Part shown: piece by piece, positions 47,689-61,332 of the stretch
Position numbering within the stretch: the stretch's first letter is position 1
Layout of the letters: every line of letters starts with the position of its first letter
DNA from: Heterodontus francisci
Taxonomy: Eukaryota
Assembly (NCBI RefSeq): GCF_036365525.1
Contig: NC_090376.1
Location: forward strand, 71,014,964-71,078,963
Length of the DNA: 64,000 bases
Direction of reading: 5' to 3'
Notes under the pieces: model-generated
What the model saw: only the letters and a program-made list of their open reading frames with translations
What the model was told of the DNA's origin: nothing
Database searches by the model: none
Position numbers and translations under genes: made by a program

Positions 47689-50296
47689 TGGTTGCATGGG
47701 ATCATGCTGCCTGCGGTCAACGCTTCACCCTTGCCACTGTGCGATGTGCAACTGGGTGCAGGGCACTGGAAAGGTAAATGAAGCAGGCAATAGCACAGCT
47801 GTAAAAAGGTAACACTTTGTTGGTATGTATCCAACAGACGTAGGGTCATATGAAATGTCTGTGTATTAGCATGTCCTGAGTCTCCCTTGTGCATATCTCA
47901 TTGCATCTTGCCTGTGCTCGCTGAGGTCCCTCTTTTTGCATCGCCTGGTCAGCAGCCTCCTCCACATCCTCATTGTCAGAGGAGGTATCACAATCCACAA
48001 GATCCTCGTTGTTCAACTCCTCCCTTTGCAGCACCAGATTGTGCAGTGCACAGCAGACCACCACAATATGCGAGATTCGTGCTGGGGCAAACTAAAGGCT
48101 TCCACTGGATCGATGAAGGCAACTGAATTGAATCTTCAGAAGCCCTATGGCCTGCTCGATGGTGGCTCAGATTTCCCTGTGGCAGATGTTGTACCTTTCC
48201 TCTGCATCAGTGTGTGAGTTCCTTACAGATGTTAGTAACCATGTCTTCAGTGAATAACCCTTCGCTCCAAGTATCCATCCCTGAAGGCACGCGGGGGTCT
48301 GGGAAAGCTGTGGCACCTGGGATTGCCGAAGTATGTATGTGTCGTGTCTGCTTCCCGGTTACTGTGTACACACCTGAATGCTCCATCTGGGATTGTTGCA
48401 GACTGGTTTTTCATTGAGCACGTGGAAGCCCTTCCTGTTGATGAAGGCTGCTGGCTCGTCTGTGGGAGTCATAATGGCGACACGCATGCAGTCGATCATA
48501 CCCTGCACCCAAGGGAATCCAGGGATGACCCTGATCCCAATGGCTCTCTCAGCTTGCCTGTCTGGATTGGTACAGAAATGTGTCGCCAGCCCTCTTGAAC
48601 AAGGCATCAGTCACTACCTTGATGCATTGATGTGCTGCAGACTGAGATGCTGGACATATCTCCAGCGGATTGCTGGGAAGATCCAGAGGCATAAACATTC
48701 AGTGCCATGGTGACCTTCAGCACCACTGGCATTGGGTGGCCATCACCTCCCATGGGGCTTTCTTCGTGCTCCAGCGTGCCACACAGATCAGTGATAATCT
48801 CCCTGCAAAGGCACAGCCTTTGGCGACACTGCTGCTCCAACATTTGAAGGTAGCTGAGCATCGGACAATAGACCCACTCTGGAGGATTGCCTCTTCTGCA
48901 CTCAGAAGGCAGGTCGCATGCCCCTCAGCACCCTTCTCCTGCATCCCCACCTCAGGGTAGGCTCTTCGGTTGGCACAGAGATTGCTGATCTCTTGCTGCC
49001 TATGACTGACCTTCCCTCCCTCTCTGCTGCTCCTCCTCCTCACCAAAAGCCCTGATGTCAGGGTGAATGAGGTCCATGGCAGGTGGCCTCTCTCAGTTTC
49101 CAAGGCCTCTTATGCAAAGGCGCCCCCCCCCCCCCCACTTTATCGCACTCCCCCCCACCCCCAGCCCTGCTTCTAATGTTCAAATTCCACTGTCCAGATG
49201 GGACCCTGGCAGCACACCCTCACAATGCTAGCAACTTATCCCTCCCTTTGTTTGCCAGTGCCCTTGCTGCTTCCCACTCCCTGGAACACCACTCTGGCTC
49301 TCATGATGGCCACTGGATGAAGCCAGCACTGAGCTCTCATTTGCATGCAGCCTGCTTTTACAGGGTGAGGTTTGAAGCCCCGTGGTTCCCGTGTGCCGTT
49401 TGTAAAATTCAAAAACCCCTCTGAAATTTCTCACAATTGGCCAATTAATTGCCATAATTACATTTCTGTCACATTCATGCAATGTCCTCCTGCCATGTTG
49501 GTTGCCATTGGCCGCTCCGACATCTTCCATCCTGCTATTCCACCCACTGCCCCACCTCCAAGCCCGCTCCCAAAGGGCCCAGAAAATTCAGCCCTATATG
49601 TGGTTCATTAATACTATCTATCAGTTTCTATCTGACTAAAACTTGCCTCTCAGGAGCTTTCCTTTCTCTATAAGACATTCAATATTTATTATCAAACTTA
49701 ATCAATCATGACTCCTTACTAACAAATGAAATTGCGATCTAGCAGGAAAGGCACTGACAAATTCTCAGTTAATAAACAATCTTGATAAAATCTGAATGCC
49801 AGTGGGATAAATTCAATGGTAATTTTCCCTGTCAGTCCATTGCTGATAGAATTTGTCACTATAAGGGCTGGACCTATATGAGGTCTGCTGATCTACCACT
49901 TCTGCCTTCATCATACAGAAAGTGGCACATGCGTACAATAGGGCCGTGAATTGCCTGCTATCAAAGTGGATAGTCAGGTGTGGGACTGTTTGTTATCTTG
50001 TCCCCTGTGAGTTGCAAATAAATCTGAATTTTGTTATTCCATCCTTGCCTAGCTATGGCAGTTTTGTGCTGGTCTGTTCTCCACAGGAAACCCCTAAACA
50101 GCTTTTCACTCAGTAGCTTCCCTACTTTAATTAACACATTCACATTCCCCGTCCCACCACCCCTGGAGAATAAGCCGCCCTGAGGAGCGGTATTGCAACA
50201 TGGGCAGCTACAAATTATAAAGGTTGGTAAACAACATACAAAATATTTCAGTGGTCAGTCTTTTGTTGGAAATACAGTCAGTCCTCTGATTTCTTT

Positions 50297-51360
50297 TGTT
50301 ATGACCGAGAACTGTTATGTTTGTTATGGGAGAACTGCCCTGTCTTTCTCTAGTTCCACTTCTCCACAGGTCACAACATACATTTAAATGTTTACCTAGT
50401 TACCGATATGGCCAATCATATACTCTATTTTCATTTCAGAGTAAAATCCACCAACCAGGTTTCTTTAATAAACAACAAAATTATTAACTTATTATAAAAC
50501 AAGACTTAGTCAATAAAGATGCAAAGCTTTAACACACAGTTTGAAATATGACAGTATATATATCTTTTGGGCCTCCTTATCTCGAGAGACAATGGATACG
50601 CGCCTGGAGGTGGTCAGTGGTTTGTGAAGCAGCGCCTGGAGTGGCTATAAAGGCCAATTCTGGAGTGACAGGCTCTTTCACAGGTGCTGCAGAGAAATTT
50701 GTTTGTTATATATATATAGATATATATTCCCTTCTAAATACCCAACACACACACACACCAGTTAAGGGAAAAATAAAGATGCTTTGGCTAAAGTACTTGT
50801 TAATTCTTGAAGAAAAAGGATAAAATATGTTATGTTCCAGATGGCATACAGTCTGGCGTCCGAGTACACATAGACGGTTCACTGGGATCTTTTCAGAAGC
50901 AGTTCTTTCAGGAGATGTCAAGAGGAAGTCTCGCAGCAGCTTTTCAGAAAAAATGCTGCTTCAGTTTCTTTATTTCTTACACTTGATTCTCTGGGATTCT
51001 CAAAGAGATGGAAAAGGATGAGCTGGTGATGGCTGCTCTCTTAGCACACTTATCGCCAACTGACATTCAAAACAGTCCACACCCCAACCAGAAAGTCAAA
51101 AACTCCTGATCACCATAAACCAAGACATGTGGCTTCTCTGTAAACATCTCCGATAGCCAGCAAGGCTTCTGATGTTTATTTAGCACTTCTTGACTCTTCC
51201 AGTAATAGTTTTTTTTAAAATCCCAAGTGTCCTTTCAGTGACCCTTTTAAAAAAACCACATCCATGGAATCTCTTCAGTCCTCCAATGAATCCATCTCCA
51301 CAATTCTAAAACACGAGTTCTCAGAAAAATATTTTTTTTAAAAGAAGCACTTTCATAACA
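50297..51360 (-). mobile_element. Solo LTR (family B), second copy
   Basis: Termini TGTTATGA...TCATAACA, flanks CTTT/TTTT, colinear with 7387-8326. Confidence 0.85.
50564..50706 (-). mobile_element. RTE-clade LINE extreme 3' end inserted in a TA tract
   Basis: Minus strand FLCSTCERACHSRIGLYSHSRRC*, the typical RTE C-terminal Cys/His motif. Absent from the other LTR copy. Confidence 0.75.
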
Positions 51361-52679
51361 TTTTCCATTTCAGGCAGCCCAAATCTATTACATAGTGTAT
51401 GTGCTTGTAATGTCAGCTCAGGTATCTTTGTCAAATCTACAAATGCAAGTGCAATTTGACACATCATGATAAGTCTTCTCTAGATTACTAAGAACTGAAG
51501 GCTTATCATGTTGGTTAAGAGCACAGGTTGTGAAGTTGGGTGCAAAGGCCTATCATTCATAGTGGGCAGTATTTTGTGGCATATAAAATGGCAGCATATT
51601 TGATTGTGGCCTGATAAATAAACCTCTGACTGGATCTTGCATATTTCTTGCCATTCCTTGCAAGTAGCATAGCTTGCCTATTTGAAATTGATGCTCCAGT
51701 GTGTGGCTAGCCTGGCCTATAGTAGTAGACTTCTTAAAGACAAATAATAATTTTTTAGGTTATGATTTTCAAGTTTATTTTTTAATTTATTGTTACTTTA
51801 TCTGCATTTTCATTGTCACATTAATATTTGTTGCTCTTTGTGCCTGATGTTTTAAATTGCAAGACTGTTATTTCCAAATCAATTTCATACAACCATTTTG
51901 TTTCCAGCTGCTATTTTGCTTCTAACAACCAAAGTAGCTTGGATAGGCATTTCTTTGGGAATTCCAATAGCGTTGTTAAAAGTGAAAGAGAAGAGCAGTT
52001 CCTGAGAAAGGCAGTGTGACTGTACCTCAGGTATTATATACACCCTTTCCTAAGAACTGCAATCATTAGCCAAGAATGATTTTCCCAGGCATGAGGAGAC
52101 CTGCCTTTCATAGAAAGAATGACACACTGATAACTTGGGCCACCTGGACTTTTCCAGTGGACATGCAATAACATTTTATCTGCAAGGCTGCCACTGGTAA
52201 GACACACTTAATCGGCCAGTCAGCTGCAACAAGCAAATGAAATAGGCCTCATAATAACTTTCAAAGGGAACTGGATATATATTTGAAAAGCAAAAAATAT
52301 GGACAAGTGCAGGGAAGTGGGGCTAATTGGATAGCTCTTCCAAAGAGCCCACACAGGCATAATGAGCTAAATGGTGTTGTGTGCTGTATGATGCTATGAT
52401 TATTTTCAAAGGCAATATATTCATCACTCTCCTTTTGAAAAGGAGGCATCAGAAGAGAATATTTCCTGAGTACCAAGTTTTCCTAAGATTATAGAGAATA
52501 CTATCTATGTATAGATTGCATGGATTTCAGGTGGATGAGAGTGTATATATTGTGATGCACAAGGAACAGCAATTGTCTGCGACAGGCTGGATGAAACAAA
52601 GAGTCTTTTCCTGTCCGTCATTGCTCATATAACAATAAATAAACAGCATAGGTAGTCGGTTGGGGCTGCAGTATGTTGG

Positions 52680-53955
52680 AATTAGTGTGCTTGTAGTGTC
52701 AGCTCAGGTATGTTTGTCCAGGATTGCCACATCTGCAGGATATGTCTCTGCCTTGAGTCACTCTGGCTCCCAGTCATTGAGCTGGAGTGTGAGTTGGAGA
52801 CACTCTGACACATAAAGGAGGGACAGGAATTTCTTGATAGTTTTCTCCAGAGTACAGTCAAACCTCAGAAGAAAGCACAGGTGCAGGAAAAGGAAAGTTG
52901 GCTATCAGTAGGCAGAGTAGGGGGAACGTAGGGAAGGCAGAGAGAGGTTCTGTGACATAGCAGGTACGATGTACTTGCTGCCCATGAGGAGAAGGATGAA
53001 GGCTGATGGAGGATGGTCAGAATGCTAACCATGGCACTGTGGAGCAGGAGGTAGTTCAAGGGGAAAGGAGCAGAATAGAAAGGTTGTAGTCATGGGGATT
53101 CGATAATTAGTGGGACATAGATCATCATCTGCAGTTGCAATCAAGAGTCCAGAGGGTTCTGTTGCCTACCTGGTGCAAAGGTAAAGGATATCTCAGAGGG
53201 ACTGGAGAAGGACTTGGAAAGGGAGGGGGAAGATCCAGTTATCATCATCCATGAAGAACAGGGAGGAGGCCCTGCCAAGAGAATATGAGAAGTTAGGAAC
53301 TAAATTAAAAGGAGGGACCTCATGAATGGTAATCTTGGGATTAGCGCCTGTGCCACGTGCTATTTGACATAGGGACAGACGGGTGGATTGGTGAATGAAT
53401 TGAATGCGTGGTTAAGAGATTGGTATGGGAAGGGGATCTTCCATTTCATGGGATCATAACACTAGTTCTGGGACAGGAAGGAGCTATACTGCTGAGGCAG
53501 GCTCCACCTGAACTGGAATGGGACCAGAGTCCTGGCGAATAAATAAAACTGTGGATAGGGCTTTAAACTAGTAAGGTGGAGAGGGATATGATAGAAATAA
53601 CATAAGTCTGAAGATAAAAGAAATAGGAGATGAGATGAAAGGTTGGACCAAGATAAGCAATAAAGTTGATACAGAGTCAAGGAACAGATATAGTTGTAGA
53701 ACTTGCTGCAATTTGATAGGGCTTTGGCGAGACCACACCTGGAGTACCGTGCATACTTTTGGTTTCCATATTTAAGGAAGGATATACTTGCCTTGGAAGT
53801 GGTACAGCTCAGGTTCACTAGATTGGTTCCTGGGATGAGAGGGTTGTCCTATGATTAGAATCTGAGTAAATTGGGTCTATACTCTCTGGAGTTTAAAAGA
53901 ACAAGAGGTTATATCATTGAAACATATAAGATTCTGAAGGAATTTGGCAGACGTT
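52680..53955 (+). mobile_element. Old internally deleted CR1: ORF1 remnant joined to the ORF2 C-terminus
   Basis: VVMGDSII, CCLPGAKVKDIS and LHLNWNGT, ending AGG GCT TTA AAC TAG (RALN*), followed by LARPHLEY at ~53725. Confidence 0.75.
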
Positions 53956-56520
53956 GGGCTGAATTTTCTAGGGTCAGGATCCTGACGTTGGGACCATTTT
54001 TGGCTCACACATGACTACTGCCATGATTTTCAATAAGATGGCCAATTAGTAGCAAGAAGGCACGTTCAGCATCCAATTAGGTGAGGGAGCTGGACACGGC
54101 GAGCCCACTTTAAAGGGCTTACAGCACCACCATTGTAGGAATGGAGTTGTTGAAGGTTTGAAGAGAGAGGTGAGTAGTGGACCACCAGCAGGGTAGACTC
54201 TCAAGTGTGGGCAGTCCCACGATTTTCAGATGCCTCCCTTGAGTTTTTTCTGGAGGCGGTTGAACAGCGGAGCATACTTTTCCCAGAGAGTGGCAGGAAG
54301 AGGCCAGCCAGCCAGACAGAGGTGGCATGGCTGGGGGTGGCATGTGAAGTGAACAGCCGCAGCGCTGCTGCCAGGATGTGGGTACAGTGCCAATAGCACA
54401 TCAATGACCTACTGAGGGCTGGCCAGATGAATACAGTGTCACAGCCACATGACGACTCCAGTTCTGTACTGACCAACTCACCCACAAGCTGAGTAACCTG
54501 AGGCCGCATAGTGCTCCTGATCATTAAAACGATGTATGCCCTGGAGCACAATTGAGGCAGTGGCAGTTATCACACCACTGTCACTTGTGGAGGAGGCAGC
54601 ATGAAAGGCATTGAAATTTCATGTGTCTGAGCCGCGAGAAGTGGTGAAGGATGACAACATGGTCTTACCATTCTTGCTCTTGACCTTGCCGGAGAAGCAA
54701 GCTCACAACTCCAGGGAAAGGACTCGGTCAGGTGGTGTAATGCCCCATCTTGCTGTTCTAACGTCAATGGAGGAGGCCATTGACATTGCCAGGGTGGCAG
54801 CCCATCAGGAAGTCAGCGATGGTGAGATGAGCGTCCATTCAAGAGAGGGTGAAATGATCTTACCATCTCCAGGTGACGGGGATGGAGCTCTCTCCTCCTC
54901 AGTTTCCTCCATTCCTATAAATATGATGTAATTGAATGCAGCTGATGAAATAGGCAAGTTTTCCTTACCAGCTTCTTATGTCTCCTGCAGGGCCAGTTGT
55001 GGAGGGAGAGCCAGCGCAGGAACGAGTGACATCATCATCTTCTTCAGCCAAGGAAGAAGCAATCAGGCCAACACAGTCACATCAGTCAAGCATACCTTCC
55101 ACCTGTGCAGATACTCTCACCTGGGTATGACCTCACGCACGTTAATAACGGGTGGCACAGGTTGAGCAACATATCACAGAAGGGGGTAGAGGACAGACAC
55201 AGCCATGCTCAGCTGGGGAGAGATGCAGAGCCTCGGGTGTCACACACAAGGCGGGTCTTCCTCGAGCAGCAGCACGAGATCTGTGCCTAAATGTTGAAGT
55301 TCTCTGAGGCAGGGTGGAGTCACGGGCAGAGAATGGAGGCGTCCATCCATGACATGTACTCAGCTATGTCTCAGGCATATGAGTGCATGTCATCATCCAT
55401 TGAGAGACTGGCCAACCTCTTGGAGAATCAAACGTGTCATGATGCTCAGTGGATGCAGGAGCAGCACACTGAGAGGCGCAGAATGTGTGACACATTCTGT
55501 AGCATTGATCGGTAAGTGACATTGATGACGCAACAATGTATGGAGTGGATGCCAGGTGTGCCCCAGCTGGTGGTTCCCTCTGATGATCAAGTGTCACATG
55601 AAAGGGCTGAGGCAGGCAGCGATGAGGCGCCTTGGCCTGTCCAAATGTGGCACCTTCAATGTGGGAAGTGTGCCACTCCTCCACTTCTCCTTCATCAAGG
55701 TACACACCACGCTGGATGGCCATATTGTGAAGAGTGCACCAGACCACTACAATTCAAGAAATTCTTGAAGGAGTGTAATGGAGGGCACTCCCTGAGCAGC
55801 CAGGGCACTGGAACTGTATCTTGAGAAGTCCAATGGCCTGCTCTATGGCAGCCCTTGTGCTGAGATGGCAGCGGTTGTAGTGCCTCTGTGCCTCCGTTGA
55901 AGGGTTTCATAAAGGTTTTAGCAGACTTCTTTTCGATGGCTAGCCCTTGTCACTAAACAGCCATCTATGTATTCTCTGCGGTGGCATGAACAGCTGTGGC
56001 ACTTGTGATTGCCTAAGGATGAAGAAGTTATGGCAACTGCCAGGATACCGTGCACAGACACTTCTGATGGTCGCACACCAGCTCAATGTTAAGAGAGTGG
56101 AATCCCTTTCTGTTTATGAATGCCCCTGGCTGCTCTGCCAGTGAATCGATGGCCAAATGGGTCCAGTTAACAGCCCCCTGCATCTGAGGCAGTCCAGCAA
56201 TGGAAGTAATCCCACTTCCCTCCGTGCCTGTATGGCCCCATCAGTGGTGAACTCAATGTAATCCAATGCCCTCTCAAACAGGGCATCTGTGACCTCCTGT
56301 ATGCTGTGATGGGCAGCCGATTGTCAGTGCAACAGTCACTTTAACAGCTACTGGCAGGGCGGGCTGACACTCCCAGCAAGGAAGTGAGGTGGCCCCCCAT
56401 CAGGACACACAACTCTGTTACCATATGCCTTGTAGGCACATCCTTCGGTGACTGATACACTGTCAGATTCAGGAAGCTCATGCATTGTCAGTATACCTTA
56501 TGTGGAGGGCATCGTCTTCA
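53956..56520. mobile_element. Decayed Harbinger element (Myb on +, deleted transposase on -)
   Basis: Left TIR GGGCTGAATTTTC at 53956. VPRFSDASLEFFLEAVEQRSILF..WVQCQ on +; minus strand WCTLHNMAIQRG and HFFILRQS. Confidence 0.8.
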
Positions 56521-57747
56521 TATGAACATACCAACATACGAATTAGGAGCAGGAGTTGGCCACTCGGCCCCACGAGCCTTCTCCGCCATTCAATTAAATC
56601 ATGGTTGATCTGATTGTACCCTCAACTCCAAATTCCCACCTACCCCCAATAACCTTTCTCCCCCTTGCTTATCAAGAATCAATCTACCTCTGCCTTAAGA
56701 ATGTTCAAAGACTCTGCTTCCACTGCCTTTTGAGGAAGAGAATTCCAAAGACCCATAACCCTCTGAGAGAAAAAATTTCTCCTCATCTCTGTCTTAAATG
56801 GGTGTCCCTGTATTTTTTAACAATGACCTTTAGTTGTAGATTCTCCCACAAGAAGAAACACCCTTCCCACATTCACCCTGTGAAGATCCATCAGGATCTT
56901 TTATGTTTCAACCTAGTCGCCTCTTACTCTGCTAAACTCCAGTGGATACAAGCCTAGCCTGTCCGATCTTTCCTTGTAAGACAACCCGCCCATTCCAGGT
57001 ATTAATCTAGTAAACCTCCTCTAAACTGCTTCCAATGCACTGACATCCTTCCTTAAATGAGACCAATACTGTACACAGTACTCCAGATGTGGTCTCACTA
57101 ATGCCCTGTATAAATGAAGCATAACCTCCCTACTGTTGTATTCAATTCCCCTCGCAATAAACGATAACATTCTATTAGCTTTCCTAATGACTTGCTGTAC
57201 CTGCATACTAACATTTTGTGATTCATGTACTAGGACACCCAGATCTCTCTGCACCTCGAGCTCTGCAATCTCTCACCATTTAGATAATATGTTTCTTGTT
57301 TATTCTTCCTGCCAAAATGGACAATTTCACATTTTCCCACATTATGCTCCATTTGCCATATCTTTGCCCACCCACATAACCTATCTATATATTCCTTTGT
57401 AGCCTCCTTATGTCCTCTTCATAACTTACTTTCCTACCTATCTTTGTATCATCAGCAAATTTAGCAACGATACCTTCAGTCCCTTCATCCAAGTCATTTA
57501 TATAAATTGTAAAAAGTTGAGGCCCCAGCACTGATCCCTGTGGCACACCACTCATTACATCTTGCCAACCAGAAAATGATCCATTTATGCCTACTTTCTG
57601 TTTCCTGTTAGCTAGTCAATCTTCTATCCGTGCTAAAATGTCACCCCCTCCACCATAAGCTTTCAGTTTCCACAATAACCTTTGATGTGGCACCTTATCA
57701 AATGCCTTCTGGAAATCTAAGTACAATACATCCACCGGTTCCCCTTT
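56521..57747 (-). mobile_element. 5'-truncated, internally deleted CR1 with 3' tail
   Basis: QRDLGVLVHESQ..VRPHLEYCVQYW and a CR1 3' UTR at 56521-56660. Confidence 0.9.
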
Positions 57748-57754
57748 ACATCCC

Positions 57755-59995
57755 CATTGAGATTGTTTTTTGGAGCAATATGTTGTGGAACCAACCAGGG
57801 AGCAGGCTATTCTAGATTTGGTATTGTGTAATGAGGTGGGATTAATTAATTATCTCATAGTTAAGGATCCTCTAGGGAAGAGTGATCATAGCCTGCTAGA
57901 ATTTCAAATTCAGTATGAGGCTGAGAAACTGGAGTTCCACACTAGCGTATTGGAACTAAACAAAGGTAATTACATAGGCATAAGGACAGATTTGGCCCTA
58001 GTGGACTGGGCAGGAAGATTAAAAGGTAGGACAGTTGATGAGCAGTGGCAGATGTTTAAGGAGATATTCCATTCCTCCCAACTAAAATATATTTCAGAGA
58101 GGAAGAAAGATTGTAAGAGAGGGAAACAACATTCATGGCTAAGCAAGGACGTTAAGGATAACAAAGACAAAATCGAAGGCATACCATATTGCAAAGGCCA
58201 ATGGCAGGCTGGAAGATTGGGAAATGTTTAAAGATCAACAAAGGGTTACTAAAAAAGTAATAAAAAGGGCAAAGATAAATTAGCAACGATAAAGAAAACT
58301 AGCGCAAAATATAAAAATGGATAGCAAAAGCTTCTATAAGTATATAAAAGGGAAGAGAATAGCTAAAGTGAATATTGGTCCCTTGGAGGATGAGACTGGG
58401 GAGTTAATAGAGGGCAACACAGAAATGGCAGAGACACTGAATCAATATTTTGCCTCAGTTTTCATGGTGGAGGACACTAGTACCATCCCAATAGTAACAG
58501 GTATTGTAGAGGTTATAGAAAAGGAACTTAGAACAATCATCATTACTAGGCAAAAAGTACTGAGCAAACTATTGGGACTGAAGGCAGACAAGTCCCCAAG
58601 GCCTGATGGCCTACATCCTACGGTCTTAAAGAAAGTGGCAGCAGAGATAGTGGATCCATTGGTTATAATATTCCAAAATTCCCTGGGTGCGGGAAAGGTT
58701 CCAGTGGATTGGAAAAAAGCGCCCTTATTCAAAAAGGGAGGGAAGCAGAAAATAAGAAACTATAGACCAGTTAGTTTAACATCTGTCGTTGGGAAATTGT
58801 TAGAATCCATTATGAAGGAAGTAATAACAGGACATTTAGAAAGTCAAAACACAATCCATCAGAGTCAGCATGGTTTTATGAAGGGTAAATCGTGCTTGAC
58901 TAATTTGCTCGAGTTCTTCGAAGATGTAACAAGCAAAGTTGATAATGGGGATCCTGTAGATGTAGCATATCTGGACTTCCAGAAGGCATTTGATAAGGTG
59001 CCACACAAAAGGTTAATACACAAGGTAAGATCAGATGGGGCTAGAGGCAATTTATTAGCTTGGATAGAGGATTGGCTAACCAACAGAAAACAGAGGGTCG
59101 GGATAAATGGGTCTTTTTTCTGGTTGGCAAGATGTAACTAGTGGGGTGCCAAAGGGTTTGGTCCTCGGGCCCCAACTATTTTCAATCTATATTAATGACT
59201 TGGATGCAGGGATAGAAGGTACTATAGCCAAATTTGCAGATGACACTAAACTAAGTGGGATAGTAAGTTGCAATAAAGAAATAAGAATCTGCAAATGCAT
59301 TTGGATAGGTTAGGTGAATGGGCCAAAATTTGGCAGATGGCGTTTAACATGGATAAGTGTGAGGTTATCCATTTTGTTCGGAACAATAGAAATGCAAATT
59401 ATTATCTAAATGGAGCAAAACTTCAGAGAGCTTCAGTGCAGAGGGATTTGGGTGTCCTCATGCATGAATCGCAGAAAACTAGTTTGCAGGTACAGTGGGT
59501 AATAAAGAAGGCAAATGGAATTTTGTCATTTATTGCTAAAGGAATAGAGTATAAAAGTAGGGAAGTGTTGCTGCAACTGTACAAGGCATTAGTGAGACCG
59601 CACCTGGAGTATTGTGTACAGTTTTAGTCCCCTTACTTTAGGAGGGATGTAGTTGCATTGGAGGCAGTTCAGAGGAGGTTCACTAGATTGATTCCAGAGA
59701 TGAGGGGTTTGTCTTATGAAGAGAGATTGAGCAGTTTAGGCCTTTACTCTCTAGATTTTAGAATAATGAGAGGACATCTAATTGAGGTTTATAAGATGAT
59801 TAAAGGGATTGACAAAGTAGACATAGAGAGGATGTTTCCTCTTGTGGAGCAATCTAGAACAAGAGGTCATAGTTTTAGGATAAGGGGTAGCAGATTTAAA
59901 ACAGAGATGAAGAGAAATTACTTCTCTCAAAGGGTCATGTGTCTGTGGAATTCACTACCCCAGAGTGCAGTGGATTCTGGGACATTGAGTAAGTC
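57755..59995 (+). mobile_element. CR1 ORF2 remnant lacking both ends
   Basis: ORF pieces 57770-59999: AILDLVL, KSDHSL, KSPRPDG, YLDFQKAFDKVPH and KFADDTK. Confidence 0.92.
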
Positions 59996-61332
59996 TTGAC
60001 CATGAGCTCAAGGCAGCAGTGGCAAGGCGAGAGGGAGATGAGGGACCTGGAGTCACCATTACGTCCTTCACCCTCTCAGGTCAGCAGTGAGGCACAAGTG
60101 TGCCTTACAAGGGAGGAAGAGCGGCTGCCCCCACCCCCACCCCCCAACCCCGCAGCTGGAGTCTCCTCTCAGGGTGCTACTGGTGCAGGCAGCAGTTCCT
60201 CAGCTCCTCTGCCAGTGATGCCAGATCCTCCTTCATCCCTGACAACAGAGGGTGGTACTGCTTCTGTGCAGGAGGCCTTAGCCAAGGGGCAATAAGGTCA
60301 GCAGTCTGCCTCCACTTCAACTGACAGCGCAGAGTGAGCACCACATAGGAGTACATGCAAAAGAATAAAGAAGGGCACCTAGAAGCACTTGGGATTCACG
60401 GGTGAATGTTTAATGTAAATAGAAAGAGTCGCGTTTGTTGTCAGGGATAATAAAGTTACGCTTCTATCTCACAAGATATCCTTCCTCTTATTTATGGCCT
60501 TTGGGGCTTCATGGTTAATCCTGCCTCTGTCAAGGGGCTCAAGAGAATGGATCCTGCTACAAGCGGTCAAGTGTTGAACCTTGCCAGCTGAGCACTTTGC
60601 ATTTGGGTGCTGGGTGAATGCTTCCTAAAGGAAGGAAGGTGACAACAGAGCTGCATAAAGGTAAGTCTTTATTAGTTAACCTACAACTGGCAGTAAGGAT
60701 CAAAGGAAACGCGAATGTTTAAGGGCATTGCAAGCTTCCCTTATGAGTATCACATGGCATCTTTCCTGTTCTCCCTGGGATCCTTCATCTGAGATGCTTG
60801 GCCGGCTTCCTCCTCCACATCCTCATTATCCAAAGAGCATCATGCTCCTCAATAACCTTGTTGTTCAACTCCTGCCCCCTCTGACGTGGCAAGTTGTGCA
60901 GTGCACAGCAGACCACCACAATGCATGAGACCCTCACCAGACATACAGAACAGCTCCACCGGACCAATCTAGGCACCAGAATCTCATCTTGAGCAGACCA
61001 ATGGCATTCTCCACAGTCGCACGAGTTGTCCTCTATTGGGAGTTGTACCTTTCCTCCGCATTTGTGCATGGGTTCATCACAGGCATCAGTAGCCAAATCC
61101 TCAGTGAGTAGCCCTTGTCTCTGAGGATAAAGCCATGCAGGAGGCTGTAAAAGCTCTGGCACGTGGGACTGCCTTAAAATGTAGGCATTGTGGCAACTTC
61201 CTGGGAAGCGTGCACAGACCTGGAGGATCCATTTACAGTGGTCACAGACAAGTTGAACATTGAGGGAGTAGAAGCCCTTCCTGTTGATTAAGGCCTTGCT
61301 GGTGTGCAGGAACCTTGATGGCCATATGCATG
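59996..61332. mobile_element. Harbinger fragment: Myb 3' tail (+), intergenic region, transposase C-terminal half (-)
   Basis: 60360-60540 is homologous to 45330-45484. Minus strand [29 protein letters not shown] and [10 protein letters not shown]. Confidence 0.8.

Larger units (their letters stand above)
42780..49594. mobile_element. Decayed Harbinger element (Myb on + ~42790-45340; transposase on - ~47850-49080) with two LINE insertions
   Basis: RVAPRFSDASMHVLLQAARARWEVFF; LKVTMALNVYASGSSQ, FINRKGFH and [10 protein letters not shown]. Right TIR AGAAAATTCAGCCC ends at 49594. Left TIR not seen. Confidence 0.8.

Noticed and set aside
46512-47894. 460-aa ORF with a unique N-terminus
   Set aside because: The first ~68 aa are Harbinger intergenic DNA that happens to be in frame with a 5'-truncated CR1 ORF2.
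51398-52720. ~35-bp direct repeat GTGCTTGTA(A/G)TGTCAGCTCAGGTAT at ~51400 and ~52688
   Set aside because: It is too short to define an element. The second copy is the start of a CR1 ORF1 remnant, so both are probably repeat debris.
56521-59995. Head-to-head CR1 pieces as a twin-priming inversion
   Set aside because: The two pieces cover overlapping parts of ORF2 and differ substantially in sequence, so they are independent insertions.
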